From Elusimicrobiaceae bacterium (GTDB lineage Bacteria > Elusimicrobiota > Elusimicrobia > Elusimicrobiales > Elusimicrobiaceae): DNA of 64,000 bases. Under the pieces are notes generated by a model. It made no database searches and was not told the DNA's origin. It was given only the letters and a program-made list of their open reading frames with translations. The stretch is taken from NCBI GenBank assembly GCA_045580265.1, contig JAZNNM010000002.1, forward strand, positions 114,721-178,720, in the 5' to 3' direction. Of this stretch, positions 54,868 through 64,000 are shown in pieces (the stretch's first letter is position 1; every line of letters starts with the position of its first letter). The translations under genes were made by a program, and so were the position numbers.

Positions 54868-57381
54868 TTATTTTTTGGGTGCCGCCACCACACTTACCAT
54901 GCGGCCCGGCACGACAATGATTTTTTTAATTTCAAAACCTTCTAACGCGCGTTGAACTTTTTCGCTGGCTAAGGCCATCTTTTCCATGTCTTCGCGGCTG
55001 GAGCCTACGGGTACCAAAATGCGGTCGCGCACTTTGCCGTTTACCTGCACCCCGATATCTTGCGTGTCATCTTGCATCAGGGATTGGTCCGCTTTAGGCC
55101 AAGTGCATTTCACCAAGAAGCCTTCATTCCCTTGTTGTTGCCATATTTCTTCGGTTAGATGGGGGGCAAACGGGTGCAAGAGTTTTAGAAATGTAGAGAA
55201 AGTTTCTTTGTTCACTTGCGGAAGTTTGCTCAGGTCGTTAAACAAAACCATTAAGGCAGAAATGGCGGTATTAAAACGGAAATTTTCAATATCGTCACCC
55301 ACTTTAGCAATGGTTTGGTTGGTTAAAATGGCACTCTTTTTGGGGTCGGCTTGGTCGGATAATTTTACATTATCACTCCAGCCGCCAACGCGTTTTAAGA
55401 AACGGGAAATACCTTCGATGCCTTTCATATCCCAAGGTTTACTGGCTTCGAACGGTCCCATAAACATTTCATACATGCGGAACGCATCCGCCCCGTATTG
55501 AGAGAGGATTTCGTCCGGATTGATGACGTTTTTCTTAGATTTGGACATCTTTTCCACCATGGGGGAAAGTTCTTCCCCGGTGGTTTTCAAGAAGGCTTTT
55601 CCGTCCTTGAAATCGATTTCTTCGTATCCGTGGTAGTTACCCATTTTGTCTCGATAAGAGAAAGCTAAAATCATGCCTTGGTGGCGCAATTTTTGGAAGG
55701 GTTCTTTGTGGGTAACGATACCCAGATCGAAAAGCACACGATGCCAAAAACGTGCATAAAGCAAGTGGAGTACCGCGTGTTCCGCTCCGCCTATATAGCA
55801 ATCTACCGGCCCGTAGGCTTTTTCGATAGCGGGATCTACCGCCGCTTGGGTATTTTTCGGGTCCATATAGCGCAGGTAATACCAGCAGGAACCGGCCCAT
55901 TGGGGCATGGTGTTGGTTTCGCGTTTGGCAGGAGCCCCGCAATGCGGACAGGTGGTGTTGACCCACTCGGTTACATTGGCAAGGGGCGATTCACCTGTGC
56001 CGGAGGGTTCAAATTTATCCACTTCGGGTAAGCGCAACGGGAGTTGATCTTCCGGAAGGGGCACAACTCCGCATTTTTCACAATGCACTACGGGAATCGG
56101 TTCTCCCCAGTAGCGTTGGCGGGCAAACACCCAATCGCGCAGTTTGTAAGTGGTTTTGGCATTTCCGCAGCCGTGTTCTTCCAGCCACTTAATCATGGCG
56201 GCTTTGGATTCTTTTACGCGAAGTCCGTTCAAAAAGCCGGAGTTAACGAGTTCTCCGTCTCCCGTGAAGGCTTCCTTTTCCACGCCTTGTTCACTTTTGA
56301 TTACTTCAATAATATCCAAACCGAATTTCTTGGCGAAGGCATAATCGCGTTCGTCGTGAGCGGGAACGGCCATGATGGCCCCGGTGCCGTAACCCATCAG
56401 TACATAGTCGGACGTCCAAACCGGAATTTTATTTCCGTTTAAGGGATTAAGCGCATAGGCTCCCGTGAACACACCGGTTTTATCTTTGTTTAAATCGCCG
56501 CGTTCCAAGTCGCTCTTTTGGGCGGCTTGGGCCTGATAGGCTTTTACAGCTTCTTTTTGTTCTGCGGTAACGATTTTATCCAAAAGCGGATGTTCCGGCG
56601 AAACAACCATATAGGTAGCACCGAATAAAGTATCGGGGCGAGTGGTAAAGACGGTTAAAGTTTCGTCGTGCCCGTCCAATTTGAACACAACATTGGCCCC
56701 GTTGGATTTACCGATCCAATTTTTTTGCATGGTCAGTGTGCTTTCGGGCCAATCCAACTCGTCCAACCCTTCCAATAATTTTTCCGCGTATTCGGTAATT
56801 TTCAAGATCCATTGACGCAAAGCCTTTCGTTCAATTTGATGGCCGCAGCGTTCACACTTGCCGTTGAAAACTTCTTCGTTGGCAAGACCCGTTTTGCAGG
56901 AAGGACACCAGTTTATCGGTACGGTAGATTCGTAAGCTAAACCTTTTTTGAAAAGTTGTAAGAAAATCCATTGAGTCCATTTGTAGTATTCGGGATCGGT
57001 GGTATCGATTTCACGGTTCCAGTCGTACGCGAGCCCGATGGACTTAATTTGACGTTTAAAATTTTCAATATTTTTGCGCGTGGTGATGCTAGGGTGAATA
57101 CCCGTAGCAATCGCGTAGTTTTCCGCGGGTAGGCCGAATGCGTCCCACCCCATGGGGTGCAGGACATCATAGCCGTTCATTAATTTATAACGGACCAAAA
57201 TGTCGGAGGCGGTGTATCCTTCGGGGTGGCCGACGTGTAAACCCGCACCCGATGGATACGGGAACATATCCAAGCAATAAAATTTTTTACCTTGGGGTAT
57301 TTTGGGGCTGGCGAAAAGATTAGCCTTTTCCCAGCGGTCTTGTTGTTTTTTATCAATCTGCGGAAAATTTTCAATACTCAT
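54868..57381 (-). CDS. leuS: Leucine--tRNA ligase
   Basis: MFPYPSGAGLHVGH, DWVFARQRYWGEPIP, GGAEHAVLHLLYARF and KMSKSKKN motifs. Confidence 0.97.
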   Translation of the reverse strand: MSIENFPQIDKKQQDRWEKANLFASPKIPQGKKFYCLDMFPYPSGAGLHVGHPEGYTASDILVRYKLMNGYDVLHPMGWDAFGLPAENYAIATGIHPSITTRKNIENFKRQIKSIGLAYDWNREIDTTDPEYYKWTQWIFLQLFKKGLAYESTVPINWCPSCKTGLANEEVFNGKCERCGHQIERKALRQWILKITEYAEKLLEGLDELDWPESTLTMQKNWIGKSNGANVVFKLDGHDETLTVFTTRPDTLFGATYMVVSPEHPLLDKIVTAEQKEAVKAYQAQAAQKSDLERGDLNKDKTGVFTGAYALNPLNGNKIPVWTSDYVLMGYGTGAIMAVPAHDERDYAFAKKFGLDIIEVIKSEQGVEKEAFTGDGELVNSGFLNGLRVKESKAAMIKWLEEHGCGNAKTTYKLRDWVFARQRYWGEPIPVVHCEKCGVVPLPEDQLPLRLPEVDKFEPSGTGESPLANVTEWVNTTCPHCGAPAKRETNTMPQWAGSCWYYLRYMDPKNTQAAVDPAIEKAYGPVDCYIGGAEHAVLHLLYARFWHRVLFDLGIVTHKEPFQKLRHQGMILAFSYRDKMGNYHGYEEIDFKDGKAFLKTTGEELSPMVEKMSKSKKNVINPDEILSQYGADAFRMYEMFMGPFEASKPWDMKGIEGISRFLKRVGGWSDNVKLSDQADPKKSAILTNQTIAKVGDDIENFRFNTAISALMVLFNDLSKLPQVNKETFSTFLKLLHPFAPHLTEEIWQQQGNEGFLVKCTWPKADQSLMQDDTQDIGVQVNGKVRDRILVPVGSSREDMEKMALASEKVQRALEGFEIKKIIVVPGRMVSVVAAPKK

Positions 57382-57462
57382 ACCCTTTTATTTTAACAAT
57401 TTTTGAACGATAAAAGGGAGGTTTTGTATTGGAGAATTTTTTGAGGGGGGTGCAACAGCCCG

Positions 57463-58350
57463 CTATCCGCGCGGATGAAACTTTTTGTGCTTGTTTTTTA
57501 AATCGCTTATATCCAGATGGGTATAGATTTGCGTAGTGGTTAGATTGGCATGCCCCAGCATTTCCTGTAAACTGCGTAAATCGGCACCGCCCGTGAGCAG
57601 GTGCGAGGCAAATGTATGACGGAAAAGATGTGGGTGGAGCGGTTGAGATATATTGGCTTTTCGGCCTAAAGCAGCCAAATCTTTCCACACGGTTACGCGG
57701 CTTACTTTTTTGCCGCGGTTATTTAAAAATACTTCGGAACCGACGTCTTTGTTAGCAAAATGTCCTTCCCGTACGGCAAGATAGGCTTTTAAGCGTTCGC
57801 ATGCTTGCGGATGAATAGGTACAAAACGTTGTTTGCCTCCTTTTCCAAAGGCGAGTACCCACCCTTCCTGTGTGTTAATGTTTTCTAAACGTAGATTAAT
57901 AAGCTCACTAACGCGAAGCCCCGCTGCGTATAAGAGTTCTACGATGGTTAAAGTTCGGATTTCATCAAATTTTTCCGCCGGATAAGATAAAAGCCGTTCC
58001 ATTTCCTCTCGTGTAAGTTGGGTGGGAATCTTTTGCGACAGGTGCGGGGATTTAACAAAACGGGTCGGGTCTTCTTTTATTTTTTCTTCAATCATTAAAA
58101 AGCGGTAAAAACATTTGATTGCTTCCATTTTACGAAATACACTGGCAGTGGCTAAATTTTCCACCACACGCAACTGATAGTTGTATTGTTCCAAAAAATC
58201 AGGAGAGGCATCTTCGGGTTTTAAATCGTTGGCGGCACAATACTCTAAGTAACTTTCCACATCGGAACCGTAGGAAAGGATCGTATTTTTGGCCAGTTGC
58301 CGCTCAAAAGATAAATGGTTGATGAAGTCTTCCAATAACAGTGTATCCAT
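57463..58350 (-). CDS. xerD: Site-specific tyrosine recombinase, XerD type
   Basis: LYAAGLRVSEL, GKGGKQRFVP, HPHLFRHTFASHLL, ADLRSLQEMLGH and TTQIYTH motifs. Confidence 0.88.
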   Translation of the reverse strand: MDTLLLEDFINHLSFERQLAKNTILSYGSDVESYLEYCAANDLKPEDASPDFLEQYNYQLRVVENLATASVFRKMEAIKCFYRFLMIEEKIKEDPTRFVKSPHLSQKIPTQLTREEMERLLSYPAEKFDEIRTLTIVELLYAAGLRVSELINLRLENINTQEGWVLAFGKGGKQRFVPIHPQACERLKAYLAVREGHFANKDVGSEVFLNNRGKKVSRVTVWKDLAALGRKANISQPLHPHLFRHTFASHLLTGGADLRSLQEMLGHANLTTTQIYTHLDISDLKNKHKKFHPRG

Positions 58351-58413
58351 AGGGGTATTATAGGAAATTTTTTTCGTCGTTGAATACTGTTTTGGGAGAA
58401 ACAGTTAATGCAC

Positions 58414-58441
58414 TTGACCGGTTTTTTTTTTTTCTTACAAT
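58414..58441 (+). promoter_or_regulatory. Sigma70-type pilin promoter with a T12 tract in the spacer
   Basis: TTGACC (58414-58419), 16-bp spacer GG-T12-CT, TACAAT (58436-58441). Confidence 0.7.
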
Positions 58442-58513
58442 AGTCGTAATCGGCAGGCTATGAAAGTTAAAAGGTCTTTTGTTTGCCGTAAATCTGTTTA
58501 TAAGGAGCTTTGT

Positions 58514-58999
58514 ATGAAAAAGGGTTTTACTTTGATAGAACTTTTGGTTGTTGTGTTAATTATTGGTATATTGTCCGCCGTCGCCATGCCACAATATACA
58601 TTGGCGGTAGAAAAGGCCCGTGTGGCGGAAGCTCGGCCCATCATAAAAAACATTGCTAATGCTAGAGAGATATATCGATTGGCAAATGGCTCTTTACCCA
58701 TTTATTTTAGTGAATTGGATATAGAAATTGCTGGCGAAGAAGATGATGATGATATGTGTAGAGTAACGAAAAATTGGAGATATTGTATCGATGTTAATAC
58801 TACAGATGCTGCTCGTAATAATGTTTCAGATGAAAATTATTATGTGATCTCTTATTATCTTCCTTCTGATCCTGATACTGCGGTGGCGGGACATTTTACA
58901 TGTTACACTCAAGGAGAATTGGGAGATAAAATCTGTCGAAGTTTGGGCGGGAAAAAGCGTGGTGGTTTGCAGAACCCTGATGAATACATTATCCCTTAA
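58514..58999 (+). CDS. Type IV pilin (PilE-like)
   Basis: MKKG|FTLIELLVVVLIIGILSAVAMPQY N-methylation motif; four Cys in the variable region; TAAGGAG RBS before ATG 58514. Confidence 0.93.
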   Translation: MKKGFTLIELLVVVLIIGILSAVAMPQYTLAVEKARVAEARPIIKNIANAREIYRLANGSLPIYFSELDIEIAGEEDDDDMCRVTKNWRYCIDVNTTDAARNNVSDENYYVISYYLPSDPDTAVAGHFTCYTQGELGDKICRSLGGKKRGGLQNPDEYIIP

Positions 59000-59001
59000 A
59001 T

Positions 59002-59032
59002 AAAAACCCCGCTCAGATGAGCGGGGTTTTTT
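59002..59032. terminator. Bidirectional intrinsic terminator
   Basis: AAAAACCCCGCTC-agat-GAGCGGGGTTTTTT. Confidence 0.9.
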
Positions 59033-59045
59033 GGTAAACTCGATT

Positions 59046-60107
59046 TTATTTTTTAGCTGTTTTTTTGGCAGGTTTTTCTTCCGTCGCTTCCCCTTCGGCG
59101 GCTTTTTTGCCGTCGTAGTGGTGGCCCAAGTATTTTACATAGAGTTTATCTTCAATTTCATCTGCCAGTTCGGGGTTATCTTTTAAGTACTGGCGGGCAT
59201 TTTCGGCACCTTGGCCCAGTTTTTCGTCCCCATAGATAAACCAGCTGCCGCTTTTTTCGATAAACCCGGCCTCCACACCTTTATCGATAATGCACGCTTC
59301 GCGGGAAATACCTTTGCCCAGGATGAGGGTAAATTCGGCTTGGCGATACGGCGGAGCTACTTTGTTTTTTGTTACTTTGGCGCGTACGCGGGTGCCGATT
59401 ACTTCGTCGCCTTTTTTCAGGTTTTCGATGCGGCGAACATCAATGCGTACGGAGGCATAAAATTTCAGTGCCAAACCGCCGGGGGTGGTTTCGGGATTGC
59501 CGAACATCACACCGATTTTTTGGCGGAGTTGGTTGATGAAAATGATGCTGGTTTTGGTTTTGTTAAGAAGGCTGGTAAGTTTACGCAAAGCTTGGCTCAT
59601 CAAGCGCGCTTGCACACCCACATGGGAGTCGCCCATTTCTCCTTCGATTTCCGCCCGCGGAACGAGTGCGGCTACGGAGTCGATAACAATTAAATCAATC
59701 GCACCGGAGCGAACCAATTTTTCAGCGATTTCCAAAGCTTGTTCACCGGAATCGGGCTGAGAAACGAGCAGTTCGTCCACATTTACCCCGAGTTGTTCGG
59801 CATAGACGGGGTCCAACGCATGTTCGGCATCAATAAAGGCTACTGTGCCTCCCATTTTTTGGGTCATGGCGGCTACATGTAAAGATAAGGTAGTTTTACC
59901 GCCGGCTTCCGGCCCGTAAATTTCAATCACGCGCCCGCGCGGCAAACCGCCCACCCCGAGAGCCAAGTCCAAAGACAAAGCTCCTGTGGGAATGGCTTCC
60001 ACTTTTTGCACACTGCCTGCGCCTAATTTGCAAATGGCTTCTTTTCCAAAGGCCTTTTCAATTTGGCCCAGCGCCAATTCCAGCGCTTTTTGTTTATTTG
60101 CGTCCAT
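59046..60107 (-). CDS. recA: Recombinase RecA
   Basis: [36 protein letters not shown] and [12 protein letters not shown] motifs; GGAGG RBS before ATG 60107. Confidence 0.98.
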   Translation of the reverse strand: MDANKQKALELALGQIEKAFGKEAICKLGAGSVQKVEAIPTGALSLDLALGVGGLPRGRVIEIYGPEAGGKTTLSLHVAAMTQKMGGTVAFIDAEHALDPVYAEQLGVNVDELLVSQPDSGEQALEIAEKLVRSGAIDLIVIDSVAALVPRAEIEGEMGDSHVGVQARLMSQALRKLTSLLNKTKTSIIFINQLRQKIGVMFGNPETTPGGLALKFYASVRIDVRRIENLKKGDEVIGTRVRAKVTKNKVAPPYRQAEFTLILGKGISREACIIDKGVEAGFIEKSGSWFIYGDEKLGQGAENARQYLKDNPELADEIEDKLYVKYLGHHYDGKKAAEGEATEEKPAKKTAKK

Positions 60108-60133
60108 ATTAAATTGTCCTCCAAGGGTAAAAA

Positions 60134-62662
60134 TCAAAGGGTTACGGTTTCTTTTTTATCTACCGTTTGACCGGAAAAAGTAAGTTTTCCGGCGTCTTTA
60201 TCTAAGTGTACAATAATTTGCGCTCCCGCGGGGTAGCGGTTTATTAAAATATTTTCCGCCAGCGAGTCTTCTAACTCGCGCTGTAAGGTACGTAAAAGAG
60301 GTCTCGCTCCGAATTTAACATCAAATCCTTTTTCTACCAAAAATTCTTTGGCTTCGGGAGTAAGTTGCAAAGAGAGTTCCTTTTCAGCCAATTTTTCATC
60401 CACTTCTTTTAAAGCAAGATCCAAAATTTGGCCGATATGTTGTTTAGACAGAGAGTGGAATACCACAATTTCGTCAATGCGGTTGATGAATTCCGGATTG
60501 AAGGTTTTTTTAACCTCTTCCATTACATTAATCCGCATATCTTTATATTCTTCCTCTTCGCTTTGTTTGGCGGCAAAGCCCAGTTGGCTGCCTTTATTGG
60601 TAATTTCTCGCGCGCCGACGTTGGAAGTCATAATTACCACACAGTTTTTGAAACTGACTTTGTGGCCCAAATTATCCGATAAAGATCCTTCGTCTAACAC
60701 TTGTAATAAAATGTTGTAAATATCGGGGTGAGCTTTTTCCAACTCGTCGAGAACTACCACACTGTAAGGGCGACGGCGGACGGCTTCGGTTAATTGGCCG
60801 CCTTCTTCATAACCTACATATCCGGGCGGCGCCCCGATTAAGCGAGAGACGGCAAATTTTTCCATATATTCGGACATATCTAACCGAATCATGGCATCTT
60901 CGTCTCCAAACAGGAAAGTAGCCAAACTTTTAGCAAGTTCGGTTTTTCCTACACCGGTGGGCCCTAAGAATAAGAAACCTCCGATCGGTCTATTCGGGTT
61001 GCCCAACCCCGTGCGGTTACGGCGGATCGCCTGAGAAATGGCTTTGACGGCATCATCTTGTCCGATAATTCTTTCGTGCAGTTGCTCTTCCATGTGCAGA
61101 ATTTTATCCGTTTCGCTTTGAGTTAAGCGTGTAACGGGAATTCCTGTCCATTTAGACGCCACAAGCGCAATATCTTCTTCCGTTACTTCGGGAACCTGTT
61201 TACTGCGTTCTTCTTGCCATTTTTGCTTTAAATGGTCAATGTAGGCTTTCAAACGTTCTTCGGTGTCTTTGGCTGCAGCGGCTTTTTCAAATTCTTTTTG
61301 AGACATAGCCTCTTCTTTTTCTTGCATCGCCTGATTGTACTCGGCTTGTTTTTGTTTGATTTCGGGTGGTAAAATAGCATTTTTCAAGCGAGCACGTGCG
61401 CCGGCTTCGTCAAAAAGATCGAGGGCTTTGTCCGGCATGGCGCGGTCGGTAATATAGCGGTCGGCAATGGCGGCGGCGGCACGGACGGCACCGTCTGTGT
61501 ATTTTACTTTGTGGTGCGTTTCATATTTGCCGCGGACGCCTTTCAAAATGGTAATAGTGCCTTCCACATCCGGCGGATCGGCCACCACAGGTTGAAAACG
61601 ACGTTCCAACGCGGTATCTGCTTCGATATATTTGCGGTATTCGTCAAAGGTTGTGGCACCGATGCATTGCACTTCTCCGCGAGCTAAGGCCGGTTTTAAC
61701 ATATTGGAAGCATCAATAGATCCTTCTGCCGCGCCGGCGCCGATGATAGTGTGCAGTTCATCAATAAAAATAATGGCATCTTGGGAAGCTGCTAATTCAT
61801 CAATAATGTTTTTTAAGCGTTGTTCGAATTCTCCGCGGTATTTGGTTCCGGCGATAACGGAGGCCAAATCCAACCCCAAGAGCCTTTTTCCGGAAAGAAC
61901 ATCCGAAATTTCCCCGCGAGCAATTTTTTGTGCCAGCCCTTCTACAATAGCAGTCTTACCGACTCCCGGTTCCCCAATGAGAACAGGGTTATTCTTGGTC
62001 CGGCGAGCTAAAATTTGAACAATACGTTCAATTTCTTCTTCACGGCCGATGACCGGATCTAATTTATTTTGTGCGGCCAGTAAAGTTAAATCTCGGGTAT
62101 ATTCGTCCAAAGTAGGGGTTTTGGATTTCTTTTTTAAATCAGCGGTGCGGGCATTTTTGGGAACGGAATTTAAATTGATTTCTTGCGGGAGATCCGTTAA
62201 ATCTTCTTCTAAATCTTCCGGCTCGGCATCGCCCAAAAAATTAAGAACGGTTTCGCGTACAGCATCTAAATTGAGCCCCAGATTGGCCAAAATTTTGCCG
62301 GCCATGCCTTCTTCTTCGCGAATAAGGCCCAGTAAAATGTGTTCGGTTCCGATGTGTTCGGTGCCGAGCATTTGGGATTCTTCTACCGAAAACTCCAACA
62401 CTTTTTTGGCACGCGGCGTAAACGGGATTTCACCCAGTAACATGATAGTATCGCCAATGCCTACCATTTTTTCGATTTCTTGGCGTACTTTGCGAAACGA
62501 AACCCCTAGATTGGAAAGAATTTTGTTAGAAACGGTGCCTTCTATTGCGCTGAGGCCCAAAAGAATATGCTCAGTGCCTACATAGTCGTGATTGAGGCGT
62601 TTGGCCTCTTCTTGCGCGATGAGGATAATTTTTTGCGCATTTTCGGTAAATCTTTTTGCCAT
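60134..62662 (-). CDS. clpC: ATP-dependent Clp protease ATP-binding subunit, ClpC type
   Basis: Double Clp-N domain, GEPGVGKT and GPTGVGKT Walker A motifs, short UVR-type middle domain. Confidence 0.92.
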   Translation of the reverse strand: MAKRFTENAQKIILIAQEEAKRLNHDYVGTEHILLGLSAIEGTVSNKILSNLGVSFRKVRQEIEKMVGIGDTIMLLGEIPFTPRAKKVLEFSVEESQMLGTEHIGTEHILLGLIREEEGMAGKILANLGLNLDAVRETVLNFLGDAEPEDLEEDLTDLPQEINLNSVPKNARTADLKKKSKTPTLDEYTRDLTLLAAQNKLDPVIGREEEIERIVQILARRTKNNPVLIGEPGVGKTAIVEGLAQKIARGEISDVLSGKRLLGLDLASVIAGTKYRGEFEQRLKNIIDELAASQDAIIFIDELHTIIGAGAAEGSIDASNMLKPALARGEVQCIGATTFDEYRKYIEADTALERRFQPVVADPPDVEGTITILKGVRGKYETHHKVKYTDGAVRAAAAIADRYITDRAMPDKALDLFDEAGARARLKNAILPPEIKQKQAEYNQAMQEKEEAMSQKEFEKAAAAKDTEERLKAYIDHLKQKWQEERSKQVPEVTEEDIALVASKWTGIPVTRLTQSETDKILHMEEQLHERIIGQDDAVKAISQAIRRNRTGLGNPNRPIGGFLFLGPTGVGKTELAKSLATFLFGDEDAMIRLDMSEYMEKFAVSRLIGAPPGYVGYEEGGQLTEAVRRRPYSVVVLDELEKAHPDIYNILLQVLDEGSLSDNLGHKVSFKNCVVIMTSNVGAREITNKGSQLGFAAKQSEEEEYKDMRINVMEEVKKTFNPEFINRIDEIVVFHSLSKQHIGQILDLALKEVDEKLAEKELSLQLTPEAKEFLVEKGFDVKFGARPLLRTLQRELEDSLAENILINRYPAGAQIIVHLDKDAGKLTFSGQTVDKKETVTL

Positions 62663-62810
62663 AAATTAAAAACCCCTTATTCAAGCGATTACTACTATTA
62701 TATAAAAATAACTTTGTCCGCGCGGGGGTTAAAAAAGGGTTAAATAAAAAAGCAAAATTGCAGTTAAACACAGGCCCCTGCCTGAGTATATTTTGTATAA
62801 TACCTTATAT

Positions 62811-63410
62811 ATGCAAGAACTTGTGAATCGTGCCAAAAAAATCAAAGCTATTTTAACCGACGTAGATGGTATTTTGACGGACGGAAAACTTCATTTTTTC
62901 GCCACGCCGGAAGGAAAAATAGAAGAAATTAAATCCTTCAATGCGCAAGACGGCATTGCCGTGATGCTTTGCCATCATGCGGGGCTGGTGTGCGGCATCA
63001 TCACGGGCCGCCGACATATTACTACCGTAACGCGGGCACGTAACCTGGGTTACAAATACATGTACCAAGGATTTTTGACAAAATCCGGCCCGCTTGCCGA
63101 CATCTTAAAACGCGAAAATCTATCCCCGGAGGAAGTGGCATATATCGGTGATGATGTAACGGACCTGCCGGTGCTCAAGCAAGTGGGTTTTGCGGCTACT
63201 GTGGCCAATGCGTTAGATTATGTAAAAGAAAATGTACATTACGTATCTAAACGGAGCGGGGGAGACGGCGCCTACCGCGAAATTATTGATTTTATTTTAA
63301 ATGCTCAAGGGAAATTAGCTCCTGTGATTACGCAGTTGGATTCTGCTGCTTGGACAGGGAAAAACAAACCTGAAATGGAAGTGATTTCTTCTCAAGAAGG
63401 GATTGCCTAG
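62811..63410 (+). CDS. kdsC: 3-deoxy-D-manno-octulosonate 8-phosphate phosphatase (HAD family)
   Basis: LTDVDGILTDG, FNAQDG, IITGR, IGDDVTD and GGDGAYRE motifs. Confidence 0.9.
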   Translation: MQELVNRAKKIKAILTDVDGILTDGKLHFFATPEGKIEEIKSFNAQDGIAVMLCHHAGLVCGIITGRRHITTVTRARNLGYKYMYQGFLTKSGPLADILKRENLSPEEVAYIGDDVTDLPVLKQVGFAATVANALDYVKENVHYVSKRSGGDGAYREIIDFILNAQGKLAPVITQLDSAAWTGKNKPEMEVISSQEGIA

Positions 63411-63411
63411 T

Positions 63412-64000
63412 ATGACGAAGAAAGGAAAATTTATTGTATTGGAAGGGCCGGATAGATGTGGTAAATCCACACAGGCCAAAATGCTTGTAAATTATTTGAT
63501 TTCCAAAGGAAAAGAAGTAATTTTAACGCGTGAGCCCGGAGGTACCCCTACGGCGGAAAAAATCCGTCAAATAGTGTTGGAGCCCGGGTTAGATGTGCGC
63601 CCGATGGCAGAGCTTTTTTTGTATGAAGCTTCCCGTGCGCAACATACGCAAGAAAAAATTCTTCCCGCGTTGGCAGAAGGGAAAATTGTCATTTGCGAGC
63701 GTTACACCATGTCCACCTGTGCTTATCAGGGGTATGGACGGGGCATTGATTTAAAAGTAATTGATACGCTTAATAAAATTGCCACCTTGGAAACTCAACC
63801 GGATTTGACCCTTGTTTTTTTAATGTCCGACAAATACTTTACCGAACGCGGAGAATACTTGTTTTCGGATCGCTTGGAACAAGAGGACTTGGCTTTCCGT
63901 CAAAAAATGCGTAAGGGGTATTTGGAAATGGTACAAAACACGCCTCATGCGCACTTGGTAGATGCTGATAAAAATATTAATGAAATTCAAGCCCAAGTAA
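63412..64000 (+). CDS. tmk: Thymidylate kinase, 3'-truncated by the window edge (absent from the ORF track)
   Basis: Hand translation from ATG 63412: MTKKGKFIVLEGPDRCGKSTQ...TREPGGT...ELFLYEASRAQH...CERY...AYQGYGRG. Confidence 0.93.
   Translation, partial: MTKKGKFIVLEGPDRCGKSTQAKMLVNYLISKGKEVILTREPGGTPTAEKIRQIVLEPGLDVRPMAELFLYEASRAQHTQEKILPALAEGKIVICERYTMSTCAYQGYGRGIDLKVIDTLNKIATLETQPDLTLVFLMSDKYFTERGEYLFSDRLEQEDLAFRQKMRKGYLEMVQNTPHAHLVDADKNINEIQAQV

Noticed and set aside
57463-58350. Tyrosine recombinase as the integrase of a prophage or of the tRNA-Ser insert
   Set aside because: It has XerD-type length and motifs, sits directly upstream of leuS in a core operon, has no phage or cargo genes nearby, and is over 4 kb from the tRNA repeats.
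58387-58404. Canonical E. coli-type SOS box
   Set aside because: The spacer between CTGT and ACAG is 10 bp, not 8. Kept only as a generic palindrome.
1-64000. CRISPR array, IS transposase, rRNA or prophage
   Set aside because: By eye I saw no regularly spaced repeat-spacer array, transposase motifs, rRNA signatures or phage genes.

Overview
Core chromosomal region of a diderm, probably anaerobic bacterium. The MKKGFTLIELLVVVLIIGIL-type pilin, the AT-leaning codon usage and the gene set resemble Elusimicrobium-like gut Elusimicrobiota, but this is inferred from recall, not from a search. The window holds about 55 mostly housekeeping CDSs: AddAB-like helicase/nuclease, recA, xerD, radC, comF, valS, leuS-lptE-holA, lptFG, pssA/psd, murI, pfkA, lpdA/buk/ptb, clpC, kdsC and a partial tmk. 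It also has tRNA-Leu(TAA), tRNA-Ser(GGA), a tmRNA and many bidirectional terminators. I saw no CRISPR array, transposase or prophage. Most notable observations: (1) a 1789-aa outer-membrane protein resembling the T9SS translocon SprA/Sov, divergent from lptFG and coupled to comF; (2) a 218-bp-period duplication of the tRNA-Ser 3' end plus terminator, enclosing a structured non-coding element with an inverted copy of the T-arm; (3) a T12 tract in the -35/-10 spacer of a type IV pilin promoter, a candidate phase-variation switch; (4) repeated leaderless-type promoter architecture; (5) an IspH fused to a UbiA-like membrane domain; (6) a non-RD receptor-like Ser/Thr kinase; (7) two PepT paralogs with signal peptides; (8) a tandem NadR/Ttd14-like NTPase pair. 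Family calls come from motif recognition only, with no database searches. Several starts were moved from the ORF track to a downstream ATG.
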